From positions 384,001 to 448,000 of the forward strand of contig CBDEFO010000003.1 in NCBI GenBank assembly GCA_965237525.1: a stretch of 64,000 nt of DNA. Reading direction: 5' to 3'. The stretch comes from Candidatus Latescibacterota bacterium. Lineage in GTDB: Bacteria > Latescibacterota > CBDEFO01. The notes below the pieces were generated by a model. It was not told the origin of the DNA and did not search any database. It was given only the letters and a program-made list of their open reading frames with translations. The position numbers and the translations under genes are program-made. Below are positions 21,460 to 31,348 of this stretch, piece by piece. The first letter of the stretch is position 1, and every line of letters starts with the position of its first letter.

Positions 21460-22978
21460 AAGCCTTGTGAAATAGTTATGTCCCAGGCAGCGTCTGAAGC
21501 GCCGATTATGGGTCAAAGAGTAGCATATCGTATCGTTTTGCTGTGGAATAAGCAAAATAGTCTTATCAGAGTTCTGGTCAGCAAGGAACAGGAGCTGTTT
21601 GAAGAACAGGATGCACTGTCTTTGACAGACAGGGCACACATAGACGCTTTCCCCCTTCTTATGAAAGATACAAGCCTCTTGAGATTCTGTACTGTTGCAA
21701 CAAGATTCAACTGTTCATTCAGTGAGGCTGGTCCTCTATAACGGGCTCGTCCCATACCGTGTTGTTGCCTGGCTTCAGCAAAGATATGTTCACTGCGTTT
21801 ACGGAGTCTCCGGGAGAGTTTGTAGTCAGCTGTTAATGAGATAGACCGTGCATGATTTCTGGCTTTCGCCTCTCGCACTTTTCTATCCCGTTCGGCCTGA
21901 ATATGTGCTGAATTTGTCTTGTTTTTCCATGTAGGAATCGGTTCAATCTTCTCATCGGCTCGCAGAGGAATATGGGGTATGATTCCCCGGTCAAGTACAT
22001 CAGCGATAAAATTACCAGAACCGTAACCGGTATCGGCACTAAGTGTCTGAATGTCTTTGGGCATGGTGTATGTTTCAAGGTCATCTACCATCTTAAGGGC
22101 ACTTTCGGGCTCTGCTGTCCCTGTCGCCTGCGTGCCCTGAGTCTCAAGGATTACTCTGCTTTTTGTGTCGATCAGATCATGGCCCATAAACGAGAGAAAA
22201 GCCCCTTTGCCCTTCGATTTGCTGTATAAGCGCGCGTCGGGGTCTGTAGTCGAACGGTGTGTTTGGTTCGTCCACTTTTCACCATGAAAGTCTTTATCCT
22301 GAGGATGCCCGGACCTACCCTTTGTCTTATCACCTTCAAAACCGATTCCCTTGAGATAATCATCAAGAGAAACAGGGGGTTCTATCGGCTCAATACTTTT
22401 CACTGAAGCATCAGCTTGTATCTGAGTGCCGTCGACACTAAGGTGTTTACCGCTCACAAGACCGACATCTATGCAACACTGGACTACCTGACGCATTATC
22501 CGTTCAAACAACCCACTGGATGCCCACTTGTGATTGCGAAGCTTGTTGATCGTGCTCCTATCCGGAACCGCATCATCAAATGTCTGATGACAAAACAACC
22601 GATATGCCGCATGCATCCCCACTTCCTGACAGAGCTGATTCTCACTCAAATTATACAGATAGCCAATAAGGATCATTCGAACAACTAATTCAGGATCAAT
22701 ACCGGGTCTGCCATTGTCAGGGCAATAACAATCTGATACAACGTCTCGTACAAATGAAAAATCAACTGCCTCATCAATCTGACGAAGGATATGATCCTCG
22801 GGAACTAAATCCTCCATCTGAAAATAGTGAAACATCGGATTTGTCTGTTCCTGCTTTTGTGGGGTCATTGTTTCCTCCATGTATAATATTATCAATAACA
22901 TAATATAATACATCGGAGCTGCTTTATCAATGCTTGTTCTATACTACTTTCTGAATCTAAGGGTTTTTCACAAGGCTT
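21460..22978 (-). mobile_element. IS1182-family IS, copy 3
   Basis: 1519 bp, TTAG target duplication on both sides. Confidence 0.92.
21513..22913 (-). CDS. IS1182-family transposase
   Basis: One R>Q change versus copy 1. Confidence 0.92.
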   Translation of the reverse strand: MYYIMLLIILYMEETMTPQKQEQTNPMFHYFQMEDLVPEDHILRQIDEAVDFSFVRDVVSDCYCPDNGRPGIDPELVVRMILIGYLYNLSENQLCQEVGMHAAYRLFCHQTFDDAVPDRSTINKLRNHKWASSGLFERIMRQVVQCCIDVGLVSGKHLSVDGTQIQADASVKSIEPIEPPVSLDDYLKGIGFEGDKTKGRSGHPQDKDFHGEKWTNQTHRSTTDPDARLYSKSKGKGAFLSFMGHDLIDTKSRVILETQGTQATGTAEPESALKMVDDLETYTMPKDIQTLSADTGYGSGNFIADVLDRGIIPHIPLRADEKIEPIPTWKNKTNSAHIQAERDRKVREAKARNHARSISLTADYKLSRRLRKRSEHIFAEARQQHGMGRARYRGPASLNEQLNLVATVQNLKRLVSFIRRGKASMCALSVKDSASCSSNSSCSLLTRTLIRLFCLFHSKTIRYATL

Positions 22979-23069
22979 TTAGGCCATTGATTTTATTATA
23001 TTCAAAGTAACCTTTAGCTTTCGGTATGGTTGCTGATTGCATATACTTTGGATGAAAGGATAGATTACT

Positions 23070-23681
23070 GTGGCTGTGCAATCGCCTGTATCAAACCAGA
23101 CTAGTCTGGTGGAGATCGCCCTCTACGGCAGGGGGGGTCAAGGCGTAAAGATGTCAGGGGATATTATATCTTACGCCCTGTTCGATGAGGGGAAGAAGCT
23201 CTACAGCCAGCCGAAGTACGGAAGCGATAGGATGGGAACGCCTGTGGGATATTCCATAAAGTTCGACAGGGAGGGGGCACAGCTGAACGATAGGAGCTGG
23301 ATCAAAAATCCGGGCTATCTGGTCGTGATGGATACGGTGATCTTCAGCAGTCAGGGGTTGGATCTTATAAGTTCCCTCAAGGAGGGCGGAATCCTCATAA
23401 TCAACAGCAAGAAAGACCCTCTAAAATTCAGCTTTTTGGGGCCGTTCAACATAGCTACAGTAGATGCAAGCGGCGTTGCCAAGGAGCTGGGTCTTATCAA
23501 GGGGAGCGTGCCTCTTCTGAGTCCCATAATGCCGGGGGCATTCTCGAAGGTAACGGGGATGGTGAGCATGGAGAGTCTGGAAAAATCTCTTGAGAAGGTC
23601 CTCACAAAAAGCGGTCTGACCCGGCGGCTGGATCAGAACATAGAGGCCCTAAGGAGAGGCTACGAAGAGGTAAGGCAGTAG
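23070..23681 (+). CDS. 2-oxoacid:acceptor oxidoreductase gamma subunit
   Basis: GRGGQG, YGSDRMGTPV, NIEALRRGYEE. Confidence 0.9.
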   Translation: MAVQSPVSNQTSLVEIALYGRGGQGVKMSGDIISYALFDEGKKLYSQPKYGSDRMGTPVGYSIKFDREGAQLNDRSWIKNPGYLVVMDTVIFSSQGLDLISSLKEGGILIINSKKDPLKFSFLGPFNIATVDASGVAKELGLIKGSVPLLSPIMPGAFSKVTGMVSMESLEKSLEKVLTKSGLTRRLDQNIEALRRGYEEVRQ

Positions 23682-23875
23682 ACAGCAAACAGGTGGTGGA
23701 TAGGGAGATTGCTCCGGGATGAATCTCCTCGCAATAGACGTTGCCTACTTTTGCCTTCGGTCATTTCGACTCGCCGATTGAATCTTTCGGGGAAGCCCAG
23801 AGCAAAGCGGAAGAGTCAGTGAAGCAATGTCCGAGACAGGCTATAGGGGGGAGAATACCCCGCCTACAGTCTACT
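23677..23875. repeat. Composite repeat cassette with a nested 21-bp palindrome (23772-23792)
   Basis: AGTAGACAG...AGTCTACT ends; GAGATTGCTCCG..CTCGCAATAG; GTCATTTCGA..GTGAAGCAATG. Confidence 0.75.
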
Positions 23876-23897
23876 TTATTCAGGGGGTATATAGATA

Positions 23898-25634
23898 GTG
23901 GCAGGAAATAGTGGGCCTGTGCGTTTTGCTTCTACACGGAGCAGCACCGAGATTTTGACGGGAAGTCAACGGTACGAAAGGCCGATATACGATTTTTATC
24001 TTAAGGACGCTCCGTGCCGTGAGGCGTGTCCCGCGGGACACGACATCGCCTGGGCTCTCTTTATGGTGGGTAAGGGAAGGTACGATCTGGCGTTTTCAAC
24101 GTTCAAGGAGGAGAGCCCGTTCCCGTCGGTGACGGGGAGGGTGTGCTATCATCCGTGTGAGAGTGAGTGTAACAGAGGAAGATACGATCAGCCTCTTGCT
24201 ATAAGCGCTTTAGAGCGGGTGTTTTCGGATTTAGGGGATAACGGGGAAGTTGAAAAGCCGGACACAAGATACAGCGAAAGGGTGGCGATCATAGGGAGCG
24301 GCCCGTCGGGTCTGACCTGTGCTTATCATCTAAGAAGGCTCGGTTATCCTGTTACGGTGTTCGAGGCTGATGCGGAGCCGGGCGGCGCTCTTTTAACGGG
24401 GATTCCGGATTACAGGCTCTCCAAGGATATTATCAGAGGGGAGATCGACAAGCTTTCAAGGATGGGTATTCGGTTTGAAGTGAAGACAAAGGTTGGCGAG
24501 GATGTCTCTTTTGAGCAGATTCGAAAGAATCATAAGGCGGTGTTCTTAGGTGTTGGACTCCCGAAGGGTCGAATGCTGAATACCCCCGGAGCGGATGGTG
24601 TCGATGTGATGACCGGCGTGGACTTCCTGTTCAAGGTAAATATGGAAGGCGGGGTAAAGATGGGCAAAAGGGTGATGGTGATAGGTGCAGGTGATGTGGC
24701 GATAGATGTTTCTCGTTCCGCTATAAGGTCGGGGGCTCGTGAGGTGACGATATGCTGTGTTGAGAAGTTGGAGGATATACCCGCCCATCCTGAGGAGGTG
24801 AAGGCTGCTATTAGTGAGGGGGTAAAGATAGAATCTTCTTTGGCTTCGACGCTTATTTCGCCGAACGGAGGCGGTCTGGTTGTGGACTTTGCCGGGGTAA
24901 GATCGTTCGGAAGGCAATCAGATGGGGATGTGAAGATCGACATAGATGAACATACAAAGAGGACTATCAGCACGGATCAGATCATCTGCGCAATCGCTCA
25001 GCAATCGGACCTTGGGTTCCTGCCCGGTGGATTGAACAGCAAGTCCCACATAGAGGTTGACATCTTCGGACGGACAAAGGAGGAGGGTGTATTCTCAGGT
25101 GGCGACGTGACGGGGACTTACAACGTGGTGAACGCCATAGGTTCGGGGAAAAGAGCTGCAATAGGGATAGATTGCTACTTGAGGGGACGGGATGTGGGCG
25201 GTCTTATGGAAAAGCTGAGGATAGGGGGACAAGGGGCAATTTCGATGAAGTCGTATATGGAGATCATAAAAGGCGAAGAGCCTCAAGTAAGGTCCCAAAA
25301 GATAATCCCGATCGAAGAGATCAATCTGGACTATTTTCCTGAAGAAGAAAAGACGCATCACAAAGAGCTCTCCTTAGGCGAAAGAAAAGAGAGTTTCAGA
25401 GAGGTCAACTTTGCGTTTACTCCCGAGGAAGCTCTGCGGGAAGCACTACGATGCTTCAACTGCGGTATGTGCAATATGTGCGGGAATTGCTACACTTTCT
25501 GTCCCGATTCTGCGGTCATACAAAAAGACGATTGGAGCTTTGAGATTGCCACGGATTACTGCAAGGGCTGCGGCGTATGCGTCCAGGAGTGTCCGAGGTC
25601 TGCTATGTCAATGGTACTAGAAGAGGAGATATAA
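23898..25634 (+). CDS. GltD/SudA-like FAD/NAD(P) Fe-S oxidoreductase with C-terminal 2x[4Fe-4S] delta-like domain
   Basis: PCREACPAG, GRVCYHPCESECNR, IIGSGPSGL, VIGAGDVAID, CNMCGNCYTFCP, CKGCGVCVQECP. Confidence 0.88.
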   Translation: MAGNSGPVRFASTRSSTEILTGSQRYERPIYDFYLKDAPCREACPAGHDIAWALFMVGKGRYDLAFSTFKEESPFPSVTGRVCYHPCESECNRGRYDQPLAISALERVFSDLGDNGEVEKPDTRYSERVAIIGSGPSGLTCAYHLRRLGYPVTVFEADAEPGGALLTGIPDYRLSKDIIRGEIDKLSRMGIRFEVKTKVGEDVSFEQIRKNHKAVFLGVGLPKGRMLNTPGADGVDVMTGVDFLFKVNMEGGVKMGKRVMVIGAGDVAIDVSRSAIRSGAREVTICCVEKLEDIPAHPEEVKAAISEGVKIESSLASTLISPNGGGLVVDFAGVRSFGRQSDGDVKIDIDEHTKRTISTDQIICAIAQQSDLGFLPGGLNSKSHIEVDIFGRTKEEGVFSGGDVTGTYNVVNAIGSGKRAAIGIDCYLRGRDVGGLMEKLRIGGQGAISMKSYMEIIKGEEPQVRSQKIIPIEEINLDYFPEEEKTHHKELSLGERKESFREVNFAFTPEEALREALRCFNCGMCNMCGNCYTFCPDSAVIQKDDWSFEIATDYCKGCGVCVQECPRSAMSMVLEEEI

Positions 25635-25638
25635 AGCA

Positions 25639-25794
25639 GTAGACAGCATTAACAAGTAGACAGCAAACAGTAGACAGTAGACAGGGTACTACCTGCTATC
25701 CCCATAGAAAGGCAGGAGAGGCAGACCCGTGTGTCTGCCCTAGGCAGTGAACAGGCCATCCCTTCCCCTCTGCCTACTGACTCTACAGTCTACT
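25639..25794. repeat. Composite repeat cassette
   Basis: AGTAGACAG x4, GGCAGACCCGTGTGTCTGCC hairpin, inverted CAGTCTACT end. Confidence 0.75.
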
Positions 25795-25813
25795 TGAATA
25801 AAGGAGATAGAAA

Positions 25814-26974
25814 TTGGATAGAAATGGAAAAGTTGAGCTGATGAACGGGGCTGAGGCGCTTTCCTGCGCTTATGAGCTTGCTGGCGTAAGGATAGCGTAC
25901 ACGTTCCCGATAACGCCTCAGACCGAGGTGTTAGAATACCTGTCCAAAAGCCAGAAGGTCAGGTGCATACAGGCGGATTCTGAGTACAACGTCCTGGCTG
26001 GGGCTGAAGGGGCTCTGTGGGCGGGTGAGAGGTGCGCCGTTTCGACATCGTCCCAGGGGCTGGTGCTTATGAGCGAGTTGATGTGGGAGACGGCGGGAAA
26101 CAGATTGCCTTTGGTTATGGGCGTGTTCAACAGGGCACTGAAGTGGCCTGCGTGGAATCTGCAAGCCCAACAGAACGACTCTCTATTTATGAGGGATACG
26201 GGCTGGCTTCAGTTCTATTGCGAGTCGGCTCAGGAGGTATTGGACTTCGTGCTGATGGCGTTCAGAGTCTCAGAGGAGGTCCTGCTCCCTTCTATGGTGG
26301 CGGGAGATGGGTTCTATGTATCGCATGAAAAGGAGGAGGTGCACGTTCCGGGTGAGGATGAAGTTAGAGAGTTTGTGGGAAAGCCGAATTTTGGCGACCT
26401 GCCGAGTTTTGAAAACCCGAGAATCTACGGCGGACTTCCGCCTTCTTCGACGTATTTCAGCCTATGCCGGAAGATGCACAGAGAGATGGAGTCGGCAGCC
26501 GATGCGTTCAGGAGTGCCGCAGATGAATTTGCGATTCGCTTCGGCCGGAAATACGAACCAATTGAGACTATAAAGATGGAGGATGCCGAGACGGTGATGG
26601 TAACAGCAGGAGCCATAAGCGGGACAGCAAGGCAGGTCGTGGAGGATAACGGAGCATACTTGGGGCTGTTGAAGATTCATAACTTCCGTCCCTTTCCCAA
26701 GGATGAGATTAGAAGGGCCTTAAATGGAGCTCGTAAGGTGGCTGTGTTCGACAGGAACATAGCTATGGGAATAGGAGGGATCTTCTCCTGGGAACTGAAG
26801 GCTGCTCTTTTCGATGTGGAAAAAAGACCTGTGATATATAATTTTGTGACGGGATTGGGGGGCACGGATGTGACACCTGAGATGGTAAATATGGCTCTGG
26901 ACTATATGGAAAGCACAGACCAACCGGAGGATGAATGTCTCTTCTTGACAGAGGAAGGCGTAAATTTACAATAG
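25814..26974 (+). CDS. 2-oxoacid:acceptor oxidoreductase alpha subunit
   Basis: FPITPQT, SEYNV, TSSQGL, FRPFP, GLGGTDV. Confidence 0.92.
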   Translation: MDRNGKVELMNGAEALSCAYELAGVRIAYTFPITPQTEVLEYLSKSQKVRCIQADSEYNVLAGAEGALWAGERCAVSTSSQGLVLMSELMWETAGNRLPLVMGVFNRALKWPAWNLQAQQNDSLFMRDTGWLQFYCESAQEVLDFVLMAFRVSEEVLLPSMVAGDGFYVSHEKEEVHVPGEDEVREFVGKPNFGDLPSFENPRIYGGLPPSSTYFSLCRKMHREMESAADAFRSAADEFAIRFGRKYEPIETIKMEDAETVMVTAGAISGTARQVVEDNGAYLGLLKIHNFRPFPKDEIRRALNGARKVAVFDRNIAMGIGGIFSWELKAALFDVEKRPVIYNFVTGLGGTDVTPEMVNMALDYMESTDQPEDECLFLTEEGVNLQ

Positions 26975-27001
26975 ATAAACTATCCCGATCGAGGTTTTAA
27001 T

Positions 27002-27904
27002 ATGGACGTAAATATAGATGAGAAGAGCAGTCTGCTCAATACACTGGGTATTCCCACGTTCGCCGAGGAGAGCCTAACTGCAGGGCACAACGCCTGTCCT
27101 GGGTGTGGTTCTACGATTGCCTTGAGAATGGTCTTAGATGCAATTGGGCCTAAAACTTACTATTTCGTTCCGGCGGGATGCGCCAGCCTATATTTTGGCC
27201 CTGACGACACAATAGCTTCATCGACGCCGATGATCCATACAGCGTTTGCGGCCTCGTTCGCTCAGGCTGAGGGCATGGCTCACGCTCTGGAACTCCAGGG
27301 AAGAACGGATGAGCACGTTGCGGTCTGGGCTGGCGATGGGGCTACGTACGACATCGGTATGGGGGGTCTTTCAGGCGTCGCGGCGAGGAACGGAAATGTG
27401 ATCGTAATCTGTGACGACAACGAGGGGTATCAAAATACCGGCGGGCACAGCAGTACGGCTACTTCTACGGGGGCCTTAACTAGATCTACACAGCCGAACT
27501 TTTCCCTTTCTCCACTGAAGAAGGATATCATAGAGGTTCTGGCGGCTCATAGGGTGCCGTATCTGGCAACTATCTGTGCTGCATACCCTGAGGATCTTAA
27601 AAGGAAGATCGAAAAAGCAAAGAGCATTTACGGCTTCAAGTTTCTTCTGCTTTTAACGTCGTGTGTGGCCTGGGGACACGAAAGTCAGGTTGCAGTGAAG
27701 CTGGTCAGGATGTCTGTGGAGACGGGGTTTTTTCCCCTGTATGAGATCGAGAACGGCAACAAATATAATATAACACATGAGCCTCAGTTCCTTCCTTTAG
27801 AGGAGTTTACGAAACTTCAAAGGAGGTTCTACGGAATAGACCTTGACCCTCTGAAGGAACAGGTAAAGCAAAAGTGGGATTATCTGAAGGCCAGAGTGGC
27901 CTAA
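27002..27904 (+). CDS. 2-oxoacid:acceptor oxidoreductase beta subunit (TPP-binding)
   Basis: GHNACPGCG, GDGATYDIG..DNEGYQNTG. Confidence 0.92.
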   Translation: MDVNIDEKSSLLNTLGIPTFAEESLTAGHNACPGCGSTIALRMVLDAIGPKTYYFVPAGCASLYFGPDDTIASSTPMIHTAFAASFAQAEGMAHALELQGRTDEHVAVWAGDGATYDIGMGGLSGVAARNGNVIVICDDNEGYQNTGGHSSTATSTGALTRSTQPNFSLSPLKKDIIEVLAAHRVPYLATICAAYPEDLKRKIEKAKSIYGFKFLLLLTSCVAWGHESQVAVKLVRMSVETGFFPLYEIENGNKYNITHEPQFLPLEEFTKLQRRFYGIDLDPLKEQVKQKWDYLKARVA

Positions 27905-28018
27905 AGTAGTGGTCGCAGTGGTTCTCGGATTCCTCCTTGGACGACGAAAGCAATTGGACTAACTACGGTGACCAAGGTAGCCTTAGTCTTGTACTTCCCC
28001 TCTGAATAAGGAGCTAAA

Positions 28019-28171
28019 ATGGGCGACGATCTTCTTCATCTCTTTGCGGCTTACGCGGTAATATGGGTAGCTCTTGCGTCTTATATATTTACTCTTTCGA
28101 GGCGACAGAAGAGGATATGGAGAGAGATAGAGACTCTGAAGGAGTCTCTCAATAGGAATAACTCGGAGTAG
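28019..28171 (+). CDS. CcmD-family small membrane protein (50 aa, absent from the ORF track)
   Basis: RBS AAGGAG; MGDDLLHLFAAYAVIWVALASYIFTLSRRQKRIWREIETLKESLNRNNSE. Confidence 0.75.
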   Translation: MGDDLLHLFAAYAVIWVALASYIFTLSRRQKRIWREIETLKESLNRNNSE

Positions 28172-28177
28172 CCCACG

Positions 28178-29317
28178 TTGCAGAATGATGAGGAATACGA
28201 CGCTGTATTGATAATCGCCGACAGCGAGCGGGACTCTGATCTTTACTACGCTACGGGATTTCTGGCTCCCGATCCTTTTATATTTATTCAAAGGAAAGAC
28301 CAGAAAATCCTGATTATGAGCGATCTGGAGATAGATAGGGCAAAGTCCGAGTCCAGAGCTGATCTGATATTTTCTTACTCCAAATATGAGAATATGCTTA
28401 AAAGGGCGGGCGTAGAGTCGCCCTTTTTTATTGATGTGCTGGATTCGGTTCTAAAGGAGATGGAGGTAGAGTCGCTGCTCGTTCCAGGGAACTTCGGGAT
28501 CGAATACGCAGATGGACTTAGAGGGATGGGCTATCAGATAGCTTTCCGGAAGCCTCCCTTCTTCTCTGAGAGGGAGGTAAAGTCGGAGGAAGAAATAGGG
28601 TACATAAAGGAGACGCTTAAGTCCGCCCAGAACGCTGTAGATGCAGCCATACGTACGATAGGGGATTCAAAGATCGGAGTCGACGATACTCTGTATCGTA
28701 ATGGGGAGCCGCTGACTTCGGAAGCTGTAAGGAAGATAATCAACGTGAAGTTGATGGAGGAGAATTGCATAGCGTCGGGTACGATAGTGGCGTCCGAAGA
28801 TCAGTGTTGCGATCCTCACAATCGGGGATCGGGATGCTTAAAGGCACATCAGACGATAATCATGGATATCTTTCCCAAGTCCGTTCGTACGGGCTACTAC
28901 GCGGATATCACAAGGACGGTCGTAAAAGGAGAAGCTTCTTCTGAGGTAAAAGGGATGTACGGCGCGGTGGCCAAGGCTCAAGAGATAGTGCTAAAGGAGA
29001 CAAAGGACGGAGCGGACGGTTCAAAGATACACTCTCTTGTGCTGAGATCCTTCGAGGAGGCAGGGTACAAGAGTGGCGAGATTGACGGCAGGATGCAGGG
29101 ATTCTTTCACGGGACAGGGCACGGCGTGGGGTTGGACATCCATGAGCCGCCCAGGATGAGCAAGACAGGCCAAGTACTCAAATCGGGGCATGTGGTGACT
29201 AATGAGCCGGGGCTTTACTATATCGGTATCGGGGGGATAAGGATAGAGGATTTAATGGTTGTAAGGCGTGACGGGTGCGAAAATCTGACAACCTATCCCA
29301 AGGAGCTTGAGGTTTAA
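28178..29317 (+). CDS. Xaa-Pro aminopeptidase (M24)
   Basis: DIFP..DITRT, HGTGHGVGLDIHE, EPGLY, GIRIED. Confidence 0.93.
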   Translation: MQNDEEYDAVLIIADSERDSDLYYATGFLAPDPFIFIQRKDQKILIMSDLEIDRAKSESRADLIFSYSKYENMLKRAGVESPFFIDVLDSVLKEMEVESLLVPGNFGIEYADGLRGMGYQIAFRKPPFFSEREVKSEEEIGYIKETLKSAQNAVDAAIRTIGDSKIGVDDTLYRNGEPLTSEAVRKIINVKLMEENCIASGTIVASEDQCCDPHNRGSGCLKAHQTIIMDIFPKSVRTGYYADITRTVVKGEASSEVKGMYGAVAKAQEIVLKETKDGADGSKIHSLVLRSFEEAGYKSGEIDGRMQGFFHGTGHGVGLDIHEPPRMSKTGQVLKSGHVVTNEPGLYYIGIGGIRIEDLMVVRRDGCENLTTYPKELEV

Positions 29318-30074
29318 TCTGGGTATGAGGGCAATAATCATAGGAGCAGGAAGGGGCATAAGACTTATGCCTCTTACTGAAGAGCTCCCCAAGTGCCTGG
29401 CTTGTGTGGGGGATAAGCCTATGCTCGATTGGGGGATCGAAGCTTTTCGGGCTTCGAAAGTAGAGGAGATTGTATTTATAGGGGGATATCAGATAGATAA
29501 GATTCGAAAAGCTTATCCAGGGCTTAAGTTTTACCATAACAAGGACTGGGAAAACAACAATATCTTATCGTCTCTGTTCTGCGCTGAGCCGGAGATGGAT
29601 AGTCCCTTTATCTGCGCCTATTCGGATATACTATATGAAAAACCCATAGTAGAGAAGCTTATGGAGAGCAAAGCGGACATCACGTTAGCTGTGGACGTGG
29701 ATTGGCGCAAGCGCTACAGGAAGCGCACAGAACACCCTGAATCTGAGGCTGAGAAGGTCCTTATAGAAGAGGAAAGGGTAGTTGAGATAGGCAGGCACGT
29801 GGACTCGGATTTAGCGTACGGGGAATATATCGGTGCGGCCAAGTTCAGCAAAGACGGGGCTGACATGCTAAGGAGTCACTACAGACGGGTATTGAGGGAA
29901 TACAATGGGAGACCGTTTCAGTTCGCGCCTTCGGTCCAAAAGGCGTATTTGATAGATATGTTTCGGGAGTTGATCGCCAACGATGTCCAGGTGCATAAGA
30001 TCGATACAGTGGGCGGATATTTGGAGGTGGATACGACACAGGATTACAAGATAGCACTAAAGGAGTGGAGATAA
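29307..30074 (+). CDS. Sugar/phosphocholine nucleotidyltransferase family protein (likely start ATG 29325)
   Basis: IIGAGRGIRLMPLTEELPKCL, YSDILY, EVDTTQD. Confidence 0.88.
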   Translation: MRFNLGMRAIIIGAGRGIRLMPLTEELPKCLACVGDKPMLDWGIEAFRASKVEEIVFIGGYQIDKIRKAYPGLKFYHNKDWENNNILSSLFCAEPEMDSPFICAYSDILYEKPIVEKLMESKADITLAVDVDWRKRYRKRTEHPESEAEKVLIEEERVVEIGRHVDSDLAYGEYIGAAKFSKDGADMLRSHYRRVLREYNGRPFQFAPSVQKAYLIDMFRELIANDVQVHKIDTVGGYLEVDTTQDYKIALKEWR

Positions 30075-30080
30075 CAAGTT

Positions 30081-30180
30081 GAGTAGACAGCGCATCACCC
30101 TCCCCCTCAACTGTCATTGCGAGCAAAGCGAAGCAATCTCGCAGACAGGGCATCTCTTGCCCTCTGTATGCCGTCTACTC
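30081..30180. repeat. Compact repeat cassette with inverted ends
   Basis: GAGTAGACAGC...GCCGTCTACTC enclosing TGTCATTGCGAGCAAAGCGAAGCAATCTC. Confidence 0.8.
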
Positions 30181-30208
30181 AGATAGGTAACGAGCGGGGG
30201 AAGATACT

Positions 30209-31273
30209 ATGAACTTCGATGATATTCTTTTCCCCACGACAGTCGTTGGAAGTATGCCGAGGTCTCAGTTCGTCAAAGATCTCCTCGAGCCTGAGCACTA
30301 TAAGACACTTTCGAAGGACGAGTTCAAAAGGCAGGTGGACGCCTCGGTGGAGTATATCATCGCTATGCAGGAATCCGCTGGAATCGACATCATCTCCGAC
30401 GGTGAGTGGAGGAGGAGGTCTTACATAGGGGTGATAGCTGAGATTATGGACGGTTTTGAAAGGGAGCTAAATAATGGCGTTTACTGGCACACGGTCGTAG
30501 ATAAGATGACTCCGAAGCGTCCGGAGGTGATCGCGGAGGAGGTCAGATTTCTAAAGGAGCATACCGACCGCGGGACCAAGGTGTGCCTGCCTTCACCCTA
30601 TCTTTTAGGACAGAGAATGTGGGATCCCCAAAGATCGAGGGACGCTTACCCCAAAAGGGAGGATTTTACCGAGGCACTGATTCCGGTTTTGAGGAACGAA
30701 CTTATCGCCGTAAGGAACGCAGGAGCTACGGTGGCTCAGTTTGACGATCCGCATCTTTGTCTCTTTGTGGATGAGGGTATACGAAGGCGATATGATGATC
30801 CCCAGGGTGAGATGGAATATTGCGTAGATATGTTGAACAGGATCGTGGAAGGGGTTGAGAGGATAAAGATTTCGGTTCACCTTTGCAGGAGAAACAAAGG
30901 GCGCAGTGGCTGGGTTGGTGAGGGAGGCTATGAGCCGATTCTGCCGTATTTGAAGAAGCTGAAAGTGGATCAACTCCTTATGGAGTTCACGATCCCTGTG
31001 GCGGGCGATTTGAAGGTGCTTTCGGAATTGCCCGATGATGTGGAAGTAGGACTCGGGTGTGTGGATTGTCGGGGAGAGCACATAGATACGCCTGAGGAGA
31101 TAGTGAGCCGTGTGGAGAACGCTCTTGAGTATATAAAACCCCAGCGGATTACTTTAAATCCCGACTGCGGATTTGCCCCCGGCAGTGCCGCTGATATCCC
31201 TATCGATGAGGCTTATCAGAAACTGAAGAATGAGGCGAAAGCCGCAGAGATTTTGAGGGGCAAATACGCCTAA
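30209..31273 (+). CDS. Cobalamin-independent methionine synthase II family protein
   Basis: TTVVGSMPR, DGEWRR, HLCRRN, NPDCGF. Confidence 0.9.
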   Translation: MNFDDILFPTTVVGSMPRSQFVKDLLEPEHYKTLSKDEFKRQVDASVEYIIAMQESAGIDIISDGEWRRRSYIGVIAEIMDGFERELNNGVYWHTVVDKMTPKRPEVIAEEVRFLKEHTDRGTKVCLPSPYLLGQRMWDPQRSRDAYPKREDFTEALIPVLRNELIAVRNAGATVAQFDDPHLCLFVDEGIRRRYDDPQGEMEYCVDMLNRIVEGVERIKISVHLCRRNKGRSGWVGEGGYEPILPYLKKLKVDQLLMEFTIPVAGDLKVLSELPDDVEVGLGCVDCRGEHIDTPEEIVSRVENALEYIKPQRITLNPDCGFAPGSAADIPIDEAYQKLKNEAKAAEILRGKYA

Positions 31274-31348
31274 CACAGTTACTCTTCCCGCCTGAACGAA
31301 CCGTAGGCAACCTCCAACATACCGATATCCGTCGGAAGATAGGATAAA

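Noticed and set aside
19697..22978. Composite transposon formed by IS copies 2 and 3
   Set aside because: Copy 3 has its own TTAG duplication and the outer flanks of the pair do not match, which indicates independent insertions.
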